NCBI GenBank assembly: GCA_021432655.1
Contig: MU271182.1
Location: forward strand, 1-64,000
From: Atractiella rhizophila
Lineage: Eukaryota
Length of the DNA stretch: 64,000 nt
Direction of reading: 5' to 3'
Shown: positions 12,200 to 25,953 of the stretch, piece by piece
How the letters are laid out: each line of letters starts with the position of its first letter
Position numbering within the stretch: the first letter of the stretch is position 1
Position numbers and translations under genes: made by a program
The notes under the pieces: model-generated
What the model saw: the letters and a program-made list of their open reading frames with translations, nothing else
Database searches by the model: none
What the model was told of the DNA's origin: nothing

Positions 12200-15150
12200 A
12201 TGGCGCAGATCTATTTTGAGCGAGCTGCCGAAGGTCGCCTTCGCAAATCCTTGGCGCCAACCAGTTTGCCCATTTGTCCAGGAGCCAGCAGCACCGAGGG
12301 TTCTGCGAAAGCGGCCGGCATCTTGTCCTTTTCAGATTCGGCACATGCCTCTCGATTTCTAAGGGGCTTGATGCCGGGGGTTAACTGCGAGAGACAGGTT
12401 GACAGATCGGTCCAACAAACCACAACCACAAATCCATCTGGCCCAGCTGAGCTTAGCTTCAGACTCAACATCATGCAAGTAGACGGGGAAGAAAACACTC
12501 TAACGCCTACCGTTATCGTGACCGCGCCCGACAGGACGCCTTCCCCCCCTCGAACCCCAAACAAGAGAACGGCAGACGATGCAGGATTTACCACAAACCA
12601 TGCAGGGTTCACGCCAAACAAGAAAGCTCCCTCTCTTTTCAACCGCGTAGCGCGATTTCAGCTGCTCAACAGTCGAATCGAATCCGAATCTCCCCTTGTC
12701 GAGGTCAAGGGCTTGCGTCCGAAAGTCGTCAACCCGAAATACAACGATCTATCTAAAAACAAAGCATTGAAGTTCAATCCTAACGATTGGAAGAGTGAAA
12801 CCACGCTGATACCATTTATGAAGCGCTTATTCAAGGTAAGCACGTTATCACGTTTTAACGCTTTGCGAGAATTGGGTACGACGAACTACTTCAGGTCGTT
12901 CTGCCGGAATCCGAATCCCGATACCGCAAAGTGGACGCGAGTCTCCACTTATCGGGCAACGTCACCCAGCGCGATTCTTTGAAGATGGACGCAATGATCA
13001 CTTCCTGCAAATTTGATGATGTTGTGACTGCATATTCTTGCGCGGTTTGCGGCATAGAAGTGAAGACGGGTGAGTCCTCTCAAGCCGCAGAGGGGAAGAG
13101 GCAACTGGGTCGCGGCGCTGTTTATACACTTGGGGCGATACCTCGCACATTTTTCTGGGGTCTCTTGGTCGATGGACCGCTCGAGAAAAAGAAGTTCTGC
13201 TGGAACTTTCACACCCGTGGACTGAGAAGCGGGTCGGAGATGCGGGAACTGAAAGAGAATTATGATGCGCTCCTCGCTGAATTGTCGACGCTCATCGTAG
13301 GAGACGAGAAGGAGACCGGCTTCCTCGATATTTTCGACCACGACGGCACAGTAATTTTTAGCTGGGACCTTGCCGTTCCTCTATCTCAGGATTCCCGCTC
13401 TCAAAATCGACCAGCAACTAACTCGCCGTTTCAAGATGCATCCTCCCCTAGCGATCTATCTCAGGTAACGCTGGCGGCGGACTCCTCCGGGAAGGACGCA
13501 CTCGTGACAGAATCTCCTCGCTCTCGCTATCCCGCTGCACAAGAATCCCCCTCTGACGGTCAAACTCTGGCTGAATCCTTCTCTAAAGTTTTACCGCCAT
13601 CTATCTCTTCTCCGCTTTCGGACCCTGCGTCTCCAGCGCAATCATCGACTAACTCTTCTACGCTTTCGGACTCACAATCGTCCTGTTCGCCGTGGCCAGG
13701 ATTCAAACTGGACCTTGCTGGACGCTTACAAGACTGCGAAGTTACGGGATCGGGCTTCATTTCCAACCTGGTGGCGGAAGGGCTGTTTCAGAAGTACTCC
13801 ATTACGGGTAGTGGAACGCAGGTCTGGGCGTGCAAGTTTGAGGGTGGGACGGGATACGGTGCCATCAAGCACGTATGGCTGGACCAAACGCTTCTGGAGA
13901 GGATGAAAGATCACGTAGAGAGTTTTAGCCGCTGGAGGGAGGAGCTGAGGAAGGGCAAGTTGCAGGAGTTCAATGGTCGCAAGCAAGTGTGGCAGTGGCT
14001 CGAACATGTTCCTCGTGTCCTGCTTTCATTCCCCGAGTATTCGACAAGCAAGATATTAGAAAAGTATGCGTCTTGGAACAAACAAAAAAACCCAAAGGTC
14101 GAGATGAAAGAGCTTATTCCCGTCTTAATCTACCACTCGACCATAGGCATTCCTCTTGGAGCAGCAAAAAATGCTGAAGAGGTTCTGGATACATTCATTG
14201 GTGTTCTCAGGCGTGAGTCTTATACCCCTCTCTACTGATCTCACTGTCTTACGAGTTGCGACAGAATTGGAGACTCTGAATAATCAAGACTTTGTCCATC
14301 GTGACGTTTCTTACGCGAATATATTTATGCGCCAGTTAATACCCGGGCAAGAAGACGAAACTGCGCCTACTGTTGGTTGGTTGAACGATTTTGATTTCTC
14401 TATCAACTTAGCCAGAACTCCTGTCAGAGCTCCAGAAGGTGGAGACAATCGCGAGAACAACGAGCATGCTCAGATCTCCGTCAGTGATATCTCAATTATA
14501 GTACGTCTTGTTGATGTCGCTTGCTCAAGGGAACGTTCCCATTCCTGTCTCGACGTGCTTTGCAGGCGGTCTTAAACCAGGAGGACAGCACCGTACCGCC
14601 GTACCGACAGACGATTATGGACGACGTGGAGTCGACTCTCTTCTGCCTTTACTCTTTCTTCACCGATTTTGTCCCTCAAGAGGCAGGAGAGACTGGGCCA
14701 TTCTACTTGCGGAGTTGGAGTGGCAAGAATGACACCTCGATGGGACAAGCTTCTGGGAAGCTTTGGGGAGACACCGACCCAACTTCCGTCCTTGGTGTCA
14801 AGCCTCTTCTTCTTGAAGGCCGCTCTCCACTTTCTCCTTGGTTCGGCGAAACCGATCGAGCTTTGAACTCGAAATTGTTGCTTCTACGCTCTGGCCAAGT
14901 AAAAGCGACATTCGACAGAAATGCTTCAAGACTGCTGGACACCAAAGACGAGAGTTGGAAATGGGATCAAGAGAAGGTATTATCGCTTCTTTGGGATGTC
15001 TCCAAACCGCTTCTGCTTTCTATCGAAGACGTAGAAACCTGTACCCCTACGTTTCCTGGAGGCGCTAATCAGAAGATAGCAGTTAGCAAGGTAGTGGATA
15101 GAATGATCAAGGCTTTGGAAGATGGAAAAGAGAGTTTGAAGAAACTGTAG
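12200..15150 (+). CDS. Fungal-specific protein kinase (FunK1 / Pkinase_fungal type), about 929 aa, 4 exons
   Basis: GT-AG introns 12836-12894, 14213-14264 and 14480-14529 join the ORFs in frame with no stop. Motifs AIKHVW, VHRDVSYANIF, GWLNDFDFS, GTFPFLS, QTIMDDVES. Confidence 0.85.
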
Positions 15151-15481
15151 ATGGTCCACGTTTGAATCCAACAATGGATGCTGAAGTTATTCATAAGACA
15201 CACGTGACTCGAGACCACCTGTAATGCTTTTGGCTCGTGGTGGTGGACAAGTTGTTATTGCAATTTGATCTTGAGGTGCAACCAATTTTTTGATTGCAAT
15301 ACATCAATTCCAGGACATTCACGGGGCCGGCTTAATGCTGGCAGATCCACTCATCCCGAAGAAAGAGTGCTGTGGTTGGTGACGTGCTGGTGAGGCTCTT
15401 TCGCTTTTCAGGCTTTATATACTTGTGGATACATTGTTCTAGAATGCTCAAGAAAAGTAAGATAAGAAAAGTGCGAGAACT

Positions 15482-15520
15482 GGCGGGGGGGGATGCCCGA
15501 GCGACGGGCCACACACTTGT
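15482..15520 (+). mobile_element. Isolated Helitron 3'-terminus-like motif
   Basis: GGCGGGGGGGGATGCCCGAGCGACGGGCCACACACTTG|T closely matches the Helitron end at 27301-27342 (GC hairpin followed by CTTG|T). Confidence 0.6.
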
Positions 15521-16189
15521 AACTGCGAACTTAGTGCCATTGGACGCTGCATCGAGTATAACGACCAAGGTATAAAGACCATGGAACTGTGGAGAGAAAT
15601 GTCAGGTCGCACGATCCTGGTCAGGTTCAGGATGTCAATTCATCCACCCGACTCCTTTGTGTCCACTCCCCAGAGCTCTATAAGCAGCTCGACTTGGCTC
15701 TTGCTATTCCCATCGTCGTCTCATTCATTCTCTGGAGGGATAGGACTCTTATCTTGGCTTTTGAAGCCCTTTTCTGCACCCGCACGTCCCTATGCGGTTA
15801 TTGTTAACATTGACAGTGATTAATAGCAAAAGCTTTATTGCCTCTTCCCTTTGACTGGTATGGTTTAGATTGGTATGCAATGATAATGGACCATTCACAC
15901 CGTTCAGAACGTCCGTCAACCACCCGTCTTGAACCGTCAACCGTTCCGTCAGGTCAAGACAGATGAGCATTGGTGACGGTGTGAGACGGGACGGGTTTTC
16001 CCGTCACGTCACCGTCCCAGGGTCAAGATTCGACGGATGAGACGGTGAGGAGCCCTCGTCAGGGCGACCAGTTTGTCCAATTTTTACCCTCCCTCGTGCT
16101 GTTGCAAAGGTTCGAAGTTGGGGGTGCTGCTTACTGATTAGCAAAGAAATTATAAAAACAGGCACCCACTTGGCGCGCTCGCAACGACA

Positions 16190-18284
16190 CGGTTGAGTTT
16201 AAGCAGTGCATCGAGCTTGTTCAAAGCCACATAAAGCACAAAGATGAACTGCTCCAAACGAGTAACGGCCTCAAAGCCACCGCGCCAACTTTTCATAGCA
16301 CAACTGCAGCAGAACGTCCGCCCAGGTTTCGGTTTCGGAGGACTTTTGTGCGGAGGACCACCATCCTTTGATTCCCCTGTGACGAACTCGATAAAGAAAG
16401 TGCGGACATGGGCGTAGGAGGGTTAACCTTCAGGAGGAGAAGGCGCATCTTTATCTTTGTGAGCGACTTTCCCACAAGGTGCACAGCGAAGGCAGTTGAA
16501 ATGCCAGCGCAAACTTGTTCCGAACCTCGCACATTCTTCCTCAACTGTGATCTTGCACCTCTCACAAAGATCTGTCATTGCTTCTCCATGTCCAACCAAC
16601 GTCCCCACAGCTCGACTTAAGATCCCGTAGCCGTAGGGCCGAACTTGCTTCGGGTATTCAGCTACCGCTCGCTGCCCATTTGGCAGCCCAATGGAGGTAT
16701 TCAGGACATCGGGGTCTCGCACTAAGCGTTCGATCTTTCCCAGGAATTGAACCTTAGTGTTCTTGTTCCCAACCTTGTCGAGCTTGAGAGCAGACGTCAA
16801 GCCTATGCGGATGAGGATTTTGAGATAGTGGGCGAGACCCTTGACGAGCGAGAACAGTTCTTGGGTTATGGCCATCTTTCGTGCCCCAGTTTCCTGGGTG
16901 TGAGACAGGAGAGAGAAGAAATTGTCGATTTTCTTGCAAAGCATTCGAGACGCACGATTTCTATGCAAACGTCAGGATCGCAATCAAAATGGAGTAGAGG
17001 ATGATGACTTGCCTTTGGCGTTCACGGCCCTAAACTGAAGACCGATATCGTCGAGGGTTGAGAAAAGAGTCTCGACATGCAGAACAAACTTCTGTGCCAT
17101 TCCCACTCCATCTAAATAATGACCATTGTTCACCCGCCTTAACATCTCAGAGATGCAAGCAGCGCTGGATTCTTCAAAAGTACATAAAACAGTCCAGATG
17201 CGGCAAACTTGCTCCTCCATCTGCTTCTGCTTATCCCTTAGCGACTGTGGTGTCTCCCGTTCTTCCTGAAGGATGTATCCTGGCACCTCAGGTCCGATCG
17301 ACTGTGACGTCTCCGCCGTAACCATACTCCCCAAACTACTTTCTACGTTGTTGTCCGCGATGCTCACTTCGTCCCTCGCCTCTCCTCTCTCTTTGATCGC
17401 AGGCGTCGAAGGTGTAGAGGGCGGAGGGGGATGAAGTTTGATATTCCAAAACTAATGGCGGATGTGTTTACGCCGCGGAAGTTAGAGGCGGAAACGCGAG
17501 GAGACGGACCTTGTGGATCATGTAACATTCTGGGTGCCAATACTCGTCCACACTGTTGCGATTGATCTCCACAAACTGTTTGAGAACAGCAGTCTTGCAT
17601 CCCGTACATTGCACGGCAAATCTGGTCGAGTAGTGAAAGTGGCAGTAGACAGCACCGTCGTGTTCGTAGTCAGAGTCTTGAGGTCCAAAAATGGTGGGAC
17701 AGATGGAGCAAGTGAAGTGTTCGACATGGAACTTCATATCTGCTCGGCGTACGAACATTGATCATTTGCACCTCAGCCATGCAAGAAACCCACCCAAAGT
17801 GATGATGTAACTGCCACGAAGGGCTCCGCCGCACTTCGCGCACAGGTGATTGAGCCTCCGAAAGTAGTCGGTCTCGCAGAGCGGGTATTGGATTCCGTCG
17901 GGCCCATCGATTGGAAAATAACTGCCAGCGACGCCTTTGTTGCAATCCTACACGGAGTAGAATCGTTCGTTCACCAATCTTCTACTGGCCCAAGCAAGAC
18001 AGATGACACACCTAACACCTAAAGCAGTCAAGATGATATCCAGTCCCTAATGCCCGTAGAAACTGTCCTTGCATCGGCAGCTCACATTTTGCACATATCC
18101 GAGTCGGCTGAGTAGATGTCGAGGTCGAAGGAGGAGGAGACCCTGTAGAGCCAGATGGCGTAGTCCTGTGTCGGAGGGGTGAGGGGTTCGGGTTGTGGAG
18201 ATTTGGTTGAGAGGGAGAGAGGATCCGGATCCTTGACGGCGTGGGATCGGTCCAAACGGTTTCGAGGAGACCAGTGATGGACAT
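16190..18284 (-). pseudogene. Truncated LIM-domain RhoGAP (Lrg1/Rga1-like): LIM domains present, RhoGAP domain absent
   Basis: CAKCELPMQGQFLRALGTGYHLDCFRC; FHVEHFTCSICPTIFGPQDS.YEHDGAVYCHFHYSTRFAVQCTGCKTAVLKQFVEINRN; RIWTVLCTFEESSAACISEML; ITQELFSLVKGLAHYLKILIRIGL. Similarity stops near 16190. Confidence 0.8.
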
Positions 18285-18333
18285 GTTTGGATAGATCCGG
18301 TGTATAGCTGAGGAAGGACTGAGCGCTTTCTAA

Positions 18334-18846
18334 TTAGAGAGGGTACTGTAACCATTCTCCCCCCGAATACCCAACGACCTTTTGCTCACAGTCCTCAGTC
18401 AATGCGCCACAATCGGATCCAAATTGCATGTCCTGGATGGATCTTTTTGTTGACATTGGAGGTGGAGTGAGGGAGGATCTGGAGTCTCGATACTGTGGAT
18501 TCGATTCGGATTGATCGGCTGGCGGTGTCCACTCAGCTGTATATCTGGTTTCCTCTGAGCCACTTAGCCCGATCCCTAGCTGCTCATCCTGAATTGACTC
18601 GCTCCTGCTAGAGCTCAGTTCCTCGTTAGATGGTCTAGTATCTTCCTCATTCCGCCAGCGACATTGCTCCATCTCTCGGATGCTACGAATGCAGTTAGCC
18701 AAGCCGCACTGGTCTTCCACAAGCAGATAAAGCTGCTTCGCCTCCTCAAACCGTTTTCGCGCCTCCCCGTTTTGCCCGCGGGCACACTGGATATGTCCGA
18801 TGCTATAAATGCAGTGCGCTAGGCCTTGCCGATCTTCCACCAGCAT
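18334..18846 (-). pseudogene. TPR-repeat fragment, resembling the C-terminus of fungal NLR-like TPR proteins
   Basis: Two units: QGLAHCIYSIGHIQ...GEARKRFEEAKQLY and CGLANCIRSI. No upstream NB domain is seen. Confidence 0.55.
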
Positions 18847-21800
18847 ACACGGCAGGTTGGGTACGGAATCCAGGGGAGCTCCGTCAGGACTGTGAAGTAG
18901 AGAGTCCCGGCGCAGCTCCGTTTGCGGTCTCTAGGGACTCGAAAACGAGTTCGATGTAGTTACTCCTATCATGCGTCCCTCCGGACGACTCCCTGGCGAC
19001 TCGTTTAATGAATCTAATTTGAATCCCTGGGGGATCGACTGGAGGCTGCTGATAGCAGCCGAAAAAAACGTGGTTTTCGGTTCTAAGCTGGCTGTTTTCA
19101 TGACCAGCGTCGGTCGGCGCATTTGCTGCTCCTCCTTCCTCTCCCCTCTACAGTTGGGTATACAATGAAGAAAGGTATTAAATTCGATTGAAATAGCAGG
19201 ATAGAGCAAAAAAAACGAAACAAAAGCATATGACTGACCGCACCATTAAAAAGAACATAACACCTTCTGCCTGCCGGGCCTCCGTCATCTGGCTCATGTC
19301 ACCTCCTCACTCCATTCCCATTCCCCTAGTAACCCTGCCCCCCTGCCTGTACCATGTTCCCAGCAGCAAGAATTTGAGGCAGGATTGCAGTGAAGTATGC
19401 GTGGAAGGCACGGTGAGATTCCGTCGTCTCGCTTTCTGGAGGACTGTTGTACAGATTGAGGTCTTCGGCATATACCTGGCTGGCTTTCCTATTCCCCAAA
19501 CACCAGTGTGAGCAGTTTAATACTGAGATGGGCCTTGGCGTACGTGAATCGTTCCGCATGTGAGAGCTTCGCCAAGGTAAGAAGCTCCTGATCCAGTGCA
19601 TCCCAGCATGAAAGGTTTTCTTCTTCATCATCTTCGTTCAATGCGTCTGCGTGCTCGGCGCGCTTCCGCTTCTTCGATGCTGGACCTGTCGTTGGCTTGA
19701 CTATAACTTTCTTCCCTTGACTTTCTAGTTCAAGGTCAAATTTGACAAACCGGCGCTAGGTTCTCGTTATCACTGACATTGGACGGGCAGACATAACTTA
19801 CAAGCATTGAGACAAGCATCATTTCCGACTCTGAGATGCGAGTGTTTGTGTAAGTTCCCAGCTTGAACCGATGTAAATAGTTGGTTAGGACTTGAATATG
19901 CTGCATCTCTTCGATAGAATCCTTGATCTGTTATCAAATGGTCAAAAAAGCCAGAAGTGAAGCGCAACCCACCTCTTTTTTGATGGCATTAAGCGCCTTT
20001 GTACAGCGGCGCTGTACATCTCTTCCGACTAATTTCATCACAATGGCATTGTCCTTGAGAATTGCCGGGATATGCTTGAAGGCAGGAGACTTAACCACAG
20101 CCTAATGTCAGTTCAGTAAGAAAATCAGCTGGAGGTAGACAAACTGGCTTGCCATGAGCTTCGAGTGAGCCGCTTTGAATGACACTGTACCTAGATTCAA
20201 GATGTATGCACGAGCCATGGCATAGAACTGTGACTACGCAGCGAAATGAGCAAGGTCTACGAAAGAAAAGAGGGGCATACTGAGAGATTATCAGACACTT
20301 TGTATCCACTAGTTTACATATCGACGACATCTTGAAGGAGGTTTCGTAACTCAATCAAAGTTACCCGGTTTGCCATCTCTCGCTCAACCGCATCAGCCTG
20401 ACCCACGCCAGCACAGCTCTTAAGTGTGGAGACTCTTTTTGCAAACTAATCCAGGCACCCCTTGCATTTTCTGGTTATGCAACGGGCCGTCTACCATTAA
20501 CAGACAGCCCTTGGTCCAACACCACCCGGTCTCAGTCCATCAAAAGAGCAACGCACCTCTGAAAACCTCTCAATACCACTGTAATCTGCTGTCCACACTG
20601 CCGGCTTGTTCACAATGAATTGCACGAGGTGTGATGGCAAAAGAGGCCCACTGGACAGTGAGGAAGATGGCAGCAGAGTAAATGATAATGGAAGGAAGGG
20701 AAGTGTAGGGGGAGAATTGGTCTGGTGGGAAGGGGCAGTTGCGGACACATCGTTTTGAGTGGGTGCGGTGAAGTCCAAACTGCTCACAGATTTGCCCAAA
20801 ACAAGGTCAAGCATTTACGCTCAAAGGAGAAAACATGTTGCTCACTCTCCAACCACAGATACAGTACACAAAACTGAGTCCAGAGATGGTGTGGGGCCAT
20901 TGTGAGAGAAGGACTTGGAGATGTGTTGCGTGAACCTGGAGAACTGCAAGGTGTTGTACGGAGTTGCTGTACACGCAAATTCTGGGAAGAGGGGAGAGAA
21001 CTTGGAGCAGCTGATTGTGGTAGATGTGGAGAGGTTGAGGTTCTGAAACAAACCCTGTTGATTGGAGATGCATTCAAGAAGGGATTGGCGATTGATGTAG
21101 TGTTGATACTTGATACTGCACAAGAATTAGAAAAGGATGCTGGTACGTGGTGTGTGGTGGGTGAATCATTGTCACCAAGAAGCCTGTGCAAAGTGCAAAG
21201 TCATCAATACCATCAATCAACGGACTGATCTTTGGACAAAACAGGATCACTGGTGAAGAACATTTATTAATACAAGAGATATCAAAAGGACAGTATTATG
21301 GCTTCCGGTGAGAGATCTTATTGCCAATGTTGTAATACTGAAAACACCATGCCTGAATTCATTTAAAGGGAGTCGCTTTAAATCGTTTGAGGAGATCTAT
21401 ACCCATTTCCAGTGGAAAGGCAACCGATTTCACTGTCATATTTGCCCAATAGCTTTTTCTAATAAAGAAAAACATCTCTGCTTACGGCATGCCAATTCAA
21501 ACCAGCACCGGAACAATGCTCATCTTATCTCTACTTCTGATGCTTCTGAGCCTGCCACAAACGCTTCTCCTTCAACTCTAAGACTTCAATTTGAGCCAAT
21601 ATATCATCCAAATCGCTTGTTTGCACAGCCAGCAAATCCTTATATGAAAAGCACGACGGGTTTGACCATGACTCACGCATGTACTTTTGAGCTCTTATAT
21701 CACCGTCCACAACAACCCTGTCAGAATTCTGAGCATACCAACAGAATACGTGTGTCGGCGCTACTCAAAGTAAGTTGATAGAACATAAAAGTTGTACTAT

Positions 21801-24373
21801 GGTTTAGTTGGTGTGTGGCAAAATTCAGGTTATGGATCATGTTTAGGTGAGTTCGATTCTCGGTGGGGTCACATTTTGTCACCCTGAAAAGTGCAGCGCT
21901 GTGAAGTGCCTGCATGCGATTTCTTCAGCGCTTTCTCTGATTTCTCGCATTGTGCGCCAAAAATCATTGTTTCCTAACTATGAGGGAAAGTGAGCAAATG
22001 TTCATGCAAGTGAAACAGTTCTTTCAACACAAATATGCTTCCTAACAATCTACTATAGTATCCCTGAGTCCTTTACCATCAAATCAAATCAAGTAAAAGG
22101 AGCATAGGTGTGTGTACTCTAGCTTATGTATTTTTCACTTACATCATTTTGCTATGTGCAGCAAGCTACACTCTCATGCCATGTGCAATTCAGAGAAATC
22201 AAACAAGAAATCGAGAGCGTCGATCCAAACGGCCCCAAAATCTGCAGCAGGAGGCACCACCACACCAAGGCCGACCTATAAGGGAGAGGCGACGCCCTGC
22301 ACGTTTTAATCCTACTCCACCAACTCCACCTCAGCATGAGACGAGACCAACTAGGGCTCCACATCACCGGCAACGTTGAAGCTCATCACTGTCTAGATCG
22401 TCACGACCAGCTCGACGACATCGGAGACAGCGTTCACCCTCCCCTGAGGAGGACAGTGAAGAAGAGGCTCAACAGCACCCATCCTCTCCTGATCCTGATG
22501 ATGGAGACAGCGATGAGGATAGGGCATTAGTCCTGTTGTTGCAAGGCGAACAAAGGCAACATCACTATCCCACATTCAACTACTCACCTGACATGGATCT
22601 TGAGGCACAGGCACACCACCTCTCTATGTGGGGATTACTTTGTACACATTGCAAAGCCTTTCATTGGATGGAAGAGAAGATCGTTAACAGCCCACAATAT
22701 AATCCAAAGTTTTCATTGTGCTGTCTACATGGCAAGGTGCTGCTACCTGATCCTCCACCTCCTCCTGAAGAGCTATGAAAGCTTTTTACATATCACAATA
22801 CAACAGGTAAGTATTTCTATTCAATTTATTGCATATACATATCTGAGAGGAACAATCATTATAGAGTCAAAGCAATTTCGAGAGCATATCAGGGTATTCA
22901 ACAATGCTTTTGCCTTTACATCCTTAGGTGTCCGCCAGGTATCAATTCCTGGATACGGTCCCTACTCCTTCAAAATTCAGGGAGAGCTGTACCACCTTAT
23001 TGGTACTCTTTTGCCACAACAAGAAGGGGGTGAAACATTTGCACAGGTCTACATTACAGATTCAGGTGTACAGATTGAACAAAGAGTTGGGAACTCTTCA
23101 GTCTCACTGAGTCGTGCTACGCTTGAAGAACTTCAGGCTATGCTCTTCCGTGTCAACCCATATCCGAGGATCTACAAATTTTCGAAAGAAAGAATGGAAC
23201 AGGATCCCACCACCACACTACACCTTCGCACAGTAGCTCCACAAGATAGGGACCCAAGACGCTACAACATTCCTGTAGCCAGCGAAGTTGCTGTGGTGAT
23301 GGTAGGAGATGGCAACAGAGAAGAATATGGAGTGGCCAGAGATATTATCATCCAGCTCAGGGCAACCACAACCGGTAGCAACTTACAGCGTGTCAATGAG
23401 CTCAACTCAAATTACCTTCGCCTTCGTTTTCCTCTTCTGTTTCCATATGGGGACCAAGGATGGCATCCACAGATTCCGTATCGAGACCTGCCTGCAGATC
23501 TTCCTCCTGGCGAGCAAGAGCACTTCAATGATGATGGCATGTGGGTTGGTAATTCCGGGGTTCGACAACGTGTCAGCCAAATGGAGTTCTATTCTTACAT
23601 GTTGCATCAACGAAGCGATATATTCTCACTACCTCTCTATGGTGGTCGGCTATTACAAGAATTAGTAGTTGACTCTTATGCACAAATTGAAGCATATCAT
23701 CTCCGCTACCTTCGGTTCAATCAGTCTATTCTTCGAGCTGAGGTATATCAAGGTCTTACAGATGCCCTTGCGGAAGGCTATCCTTTAGAAGATATAGGAA
23801 GGCGGACTATATTACCATCAAGTTTCACTGGCAGTCCACGTTCAATGAATCAGCTGTTCCAGGATGCGATGGGTATAGTTGGTGCCGTGGGACCCCCAAA
23901 TACCTTTACAACCTTCACTTGCAACCGAAACTGGGCAGAGATCACGGAAGCCCTCCTACCAGGACAAAAACCAGAGGATCGGCCAGATTTGGTTTCAAGG
24001 GTTTTTCGACTGAAGGCCCTGGAGTACATCAAGGATTTAGTGGTACGACAGATTTTTGGAAGGGTTATCGGATATGTCTGGGTCATTGAATTTCAGAAGA
24101 GAGGTCTACCACATGCGCACATCCTGTTGATTCTTCATCCTGAAGATCTTATCAGGGACGAGGCAGCCATCGATCAAGTAATTCAAGCAGAGCTGCCTGA
24201 TCCGGACAAGGACCCTGTATTGTTTGAAATAGTCACCAAACATATGCTACATGGTCCATGTGGTGAACATAATCCACATGCACCTTGCATGGTTGATGGA
24301 AAGTGTGGCAAAGGGTATCCCAAGCCTTTTGTCGAGGAAACAAGAATCAACGAAAATGGTTACCCTACCTATC

Positions 24374-25928
24374 TCGACTGCCTCTCCGCTAGTGAGTATT
24401 ACCGAAGTAGGGTGTCCTATTAAAGACGGAGCTGTATATCGGAAGGTACTAGTGAAACTCGGTTTTATGGTGTTTGACTGACTCGTAGACGTAACTCCCC
24501 TTAGAACTTGCGCATACTCGCCATGCTGGTGGAAGTTCGTGTTTATCGTCGTTAAGGTCTTCTCCGATGACGATCACGTTAGAAGAACCTACTAGAATGA
24601 GAACGGTCATATTCTAAGACTTGTTTTCAGAAAGGTCAAGGAGGTCCGGGTAGCTCTTTCTTCTCAGGGGGCCATGGTAAGGCGGTCCGAAGCTACTAAC
24701 ATAGTATACGCAACAGCAACTAGGAGTAAGTATTCTCCTTCTAGGGATAGTTCTGCAACGAGGTTGAGGTATTGCAACATGCGGTCGAGAAGAGGTTAAA
24801 TAGGAACAGAGAGGTGGGGTAGCACGTTTGGACACTCGTCCATTGCCGTTGGATATGAGGAGATCACAGAACGGATCTGGTACATCGTCTAGGAGATCGA
24901 GTTATTCCGTATTCAGAGCCTAGACCAGAAGTCTTCCGCATCGGTAAGTTATTTGACAAACGTCTTCTACACGTGTTAGAAGTAACTCGAATAGTAATCA
25001 CAGAAGCTTTGTCAACATTACCAAGCGAACGTTGAGGTTTCTGGTTTTACATCTGTTTTTTCTCTTGTTTTAACGATAGGAGCAAACTAACGTAAACGTA
25101 GAAGGTCTGTGTCTAGGGTAAGAAGCAGTGAAAGGTCATCTGGACTACGGTGTGTCCGACGAAACTTACAAAGCACTTGAACTCGTATTTAACATGCTTA
25201 TAGAAGTTTTCTAAATCCTGAACCCTGGAACACTTCTTCACCAGCTTCTATTTCTCGAGGGGAACACTACCACGTTATATTTATATAGGCTGGTTATCGT
25301 AGCGGAAAGAGTGCATAGAAGGTCGCGAAACTTGATGAGACGGTCTGGTTCACAGCTCCACGAACTCCTATCCAGGTATTAGCCCCTCTGGACCCCTCTC
25401 AGTGCCGTTTTAACCTTTTTAAGCGACTCGTAACAAAGGGGTTACAAAGAGGAACTTTCATATAGAAGTCCAACTAGCAGAAGACGTAATTTTTACTGGT
25501 AGACAACTAAACCTTCTACTTACGAGTCAGCTTAGTGTCAACCTCTCACTAGTACTTCGAACTTCACCTTTTAGGCGGTCGTGCGATTTTTAATATTGTG
25601 ATGAATTGACAGTTGAAATCCTCTTACCTGTTTTGCTTGGAAGGCTTCGTGGTTGTATGGTACGTAGATTTATGAGAAATTAGAGTAGGTGACCGAGAGA
25701 GCGAGGTGACCGTAGACTAAGATTCTGATTAACACGAGATAGACCGGGGAACATATGCATAAATTTCTGTATAAACTATCTCGCTTAACTCTATGTCTAG
25801 AGACACAACTACACTCGGTCTTTGAAGGAATCCTGGGTTTACCAATCTCCCGTGATGGGTAGCTAATAGTATATATTTAAGAACTGGGGTATAGTAGAAG
25901 GCTTTTTGGGCCGTCAACAATGCAGCAA
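24374..25928. other. Mirror-written segment 1 (reversed, not complemented) containing the middle of the Helitron ORF
   Basis: Read right-to-left it continues GYPTY into QRRNN...DNRWVVP...HINTEICISIRSIKYVFKYVYKG, then GGTGKT, AVASSGIAA, GGRTAH and ILWDEAIM. It ends in GTCAGCT, the 7 bases that follow the gap. Confidence 0.97.
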
Positions 25929-25953
25929 NNNNNNNNNNNNNNNNNNNNNNNNN
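25929..25953. other. Assembly gap, 25 N
   Basis: Run of exactly 25 N. Confidence 1.
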
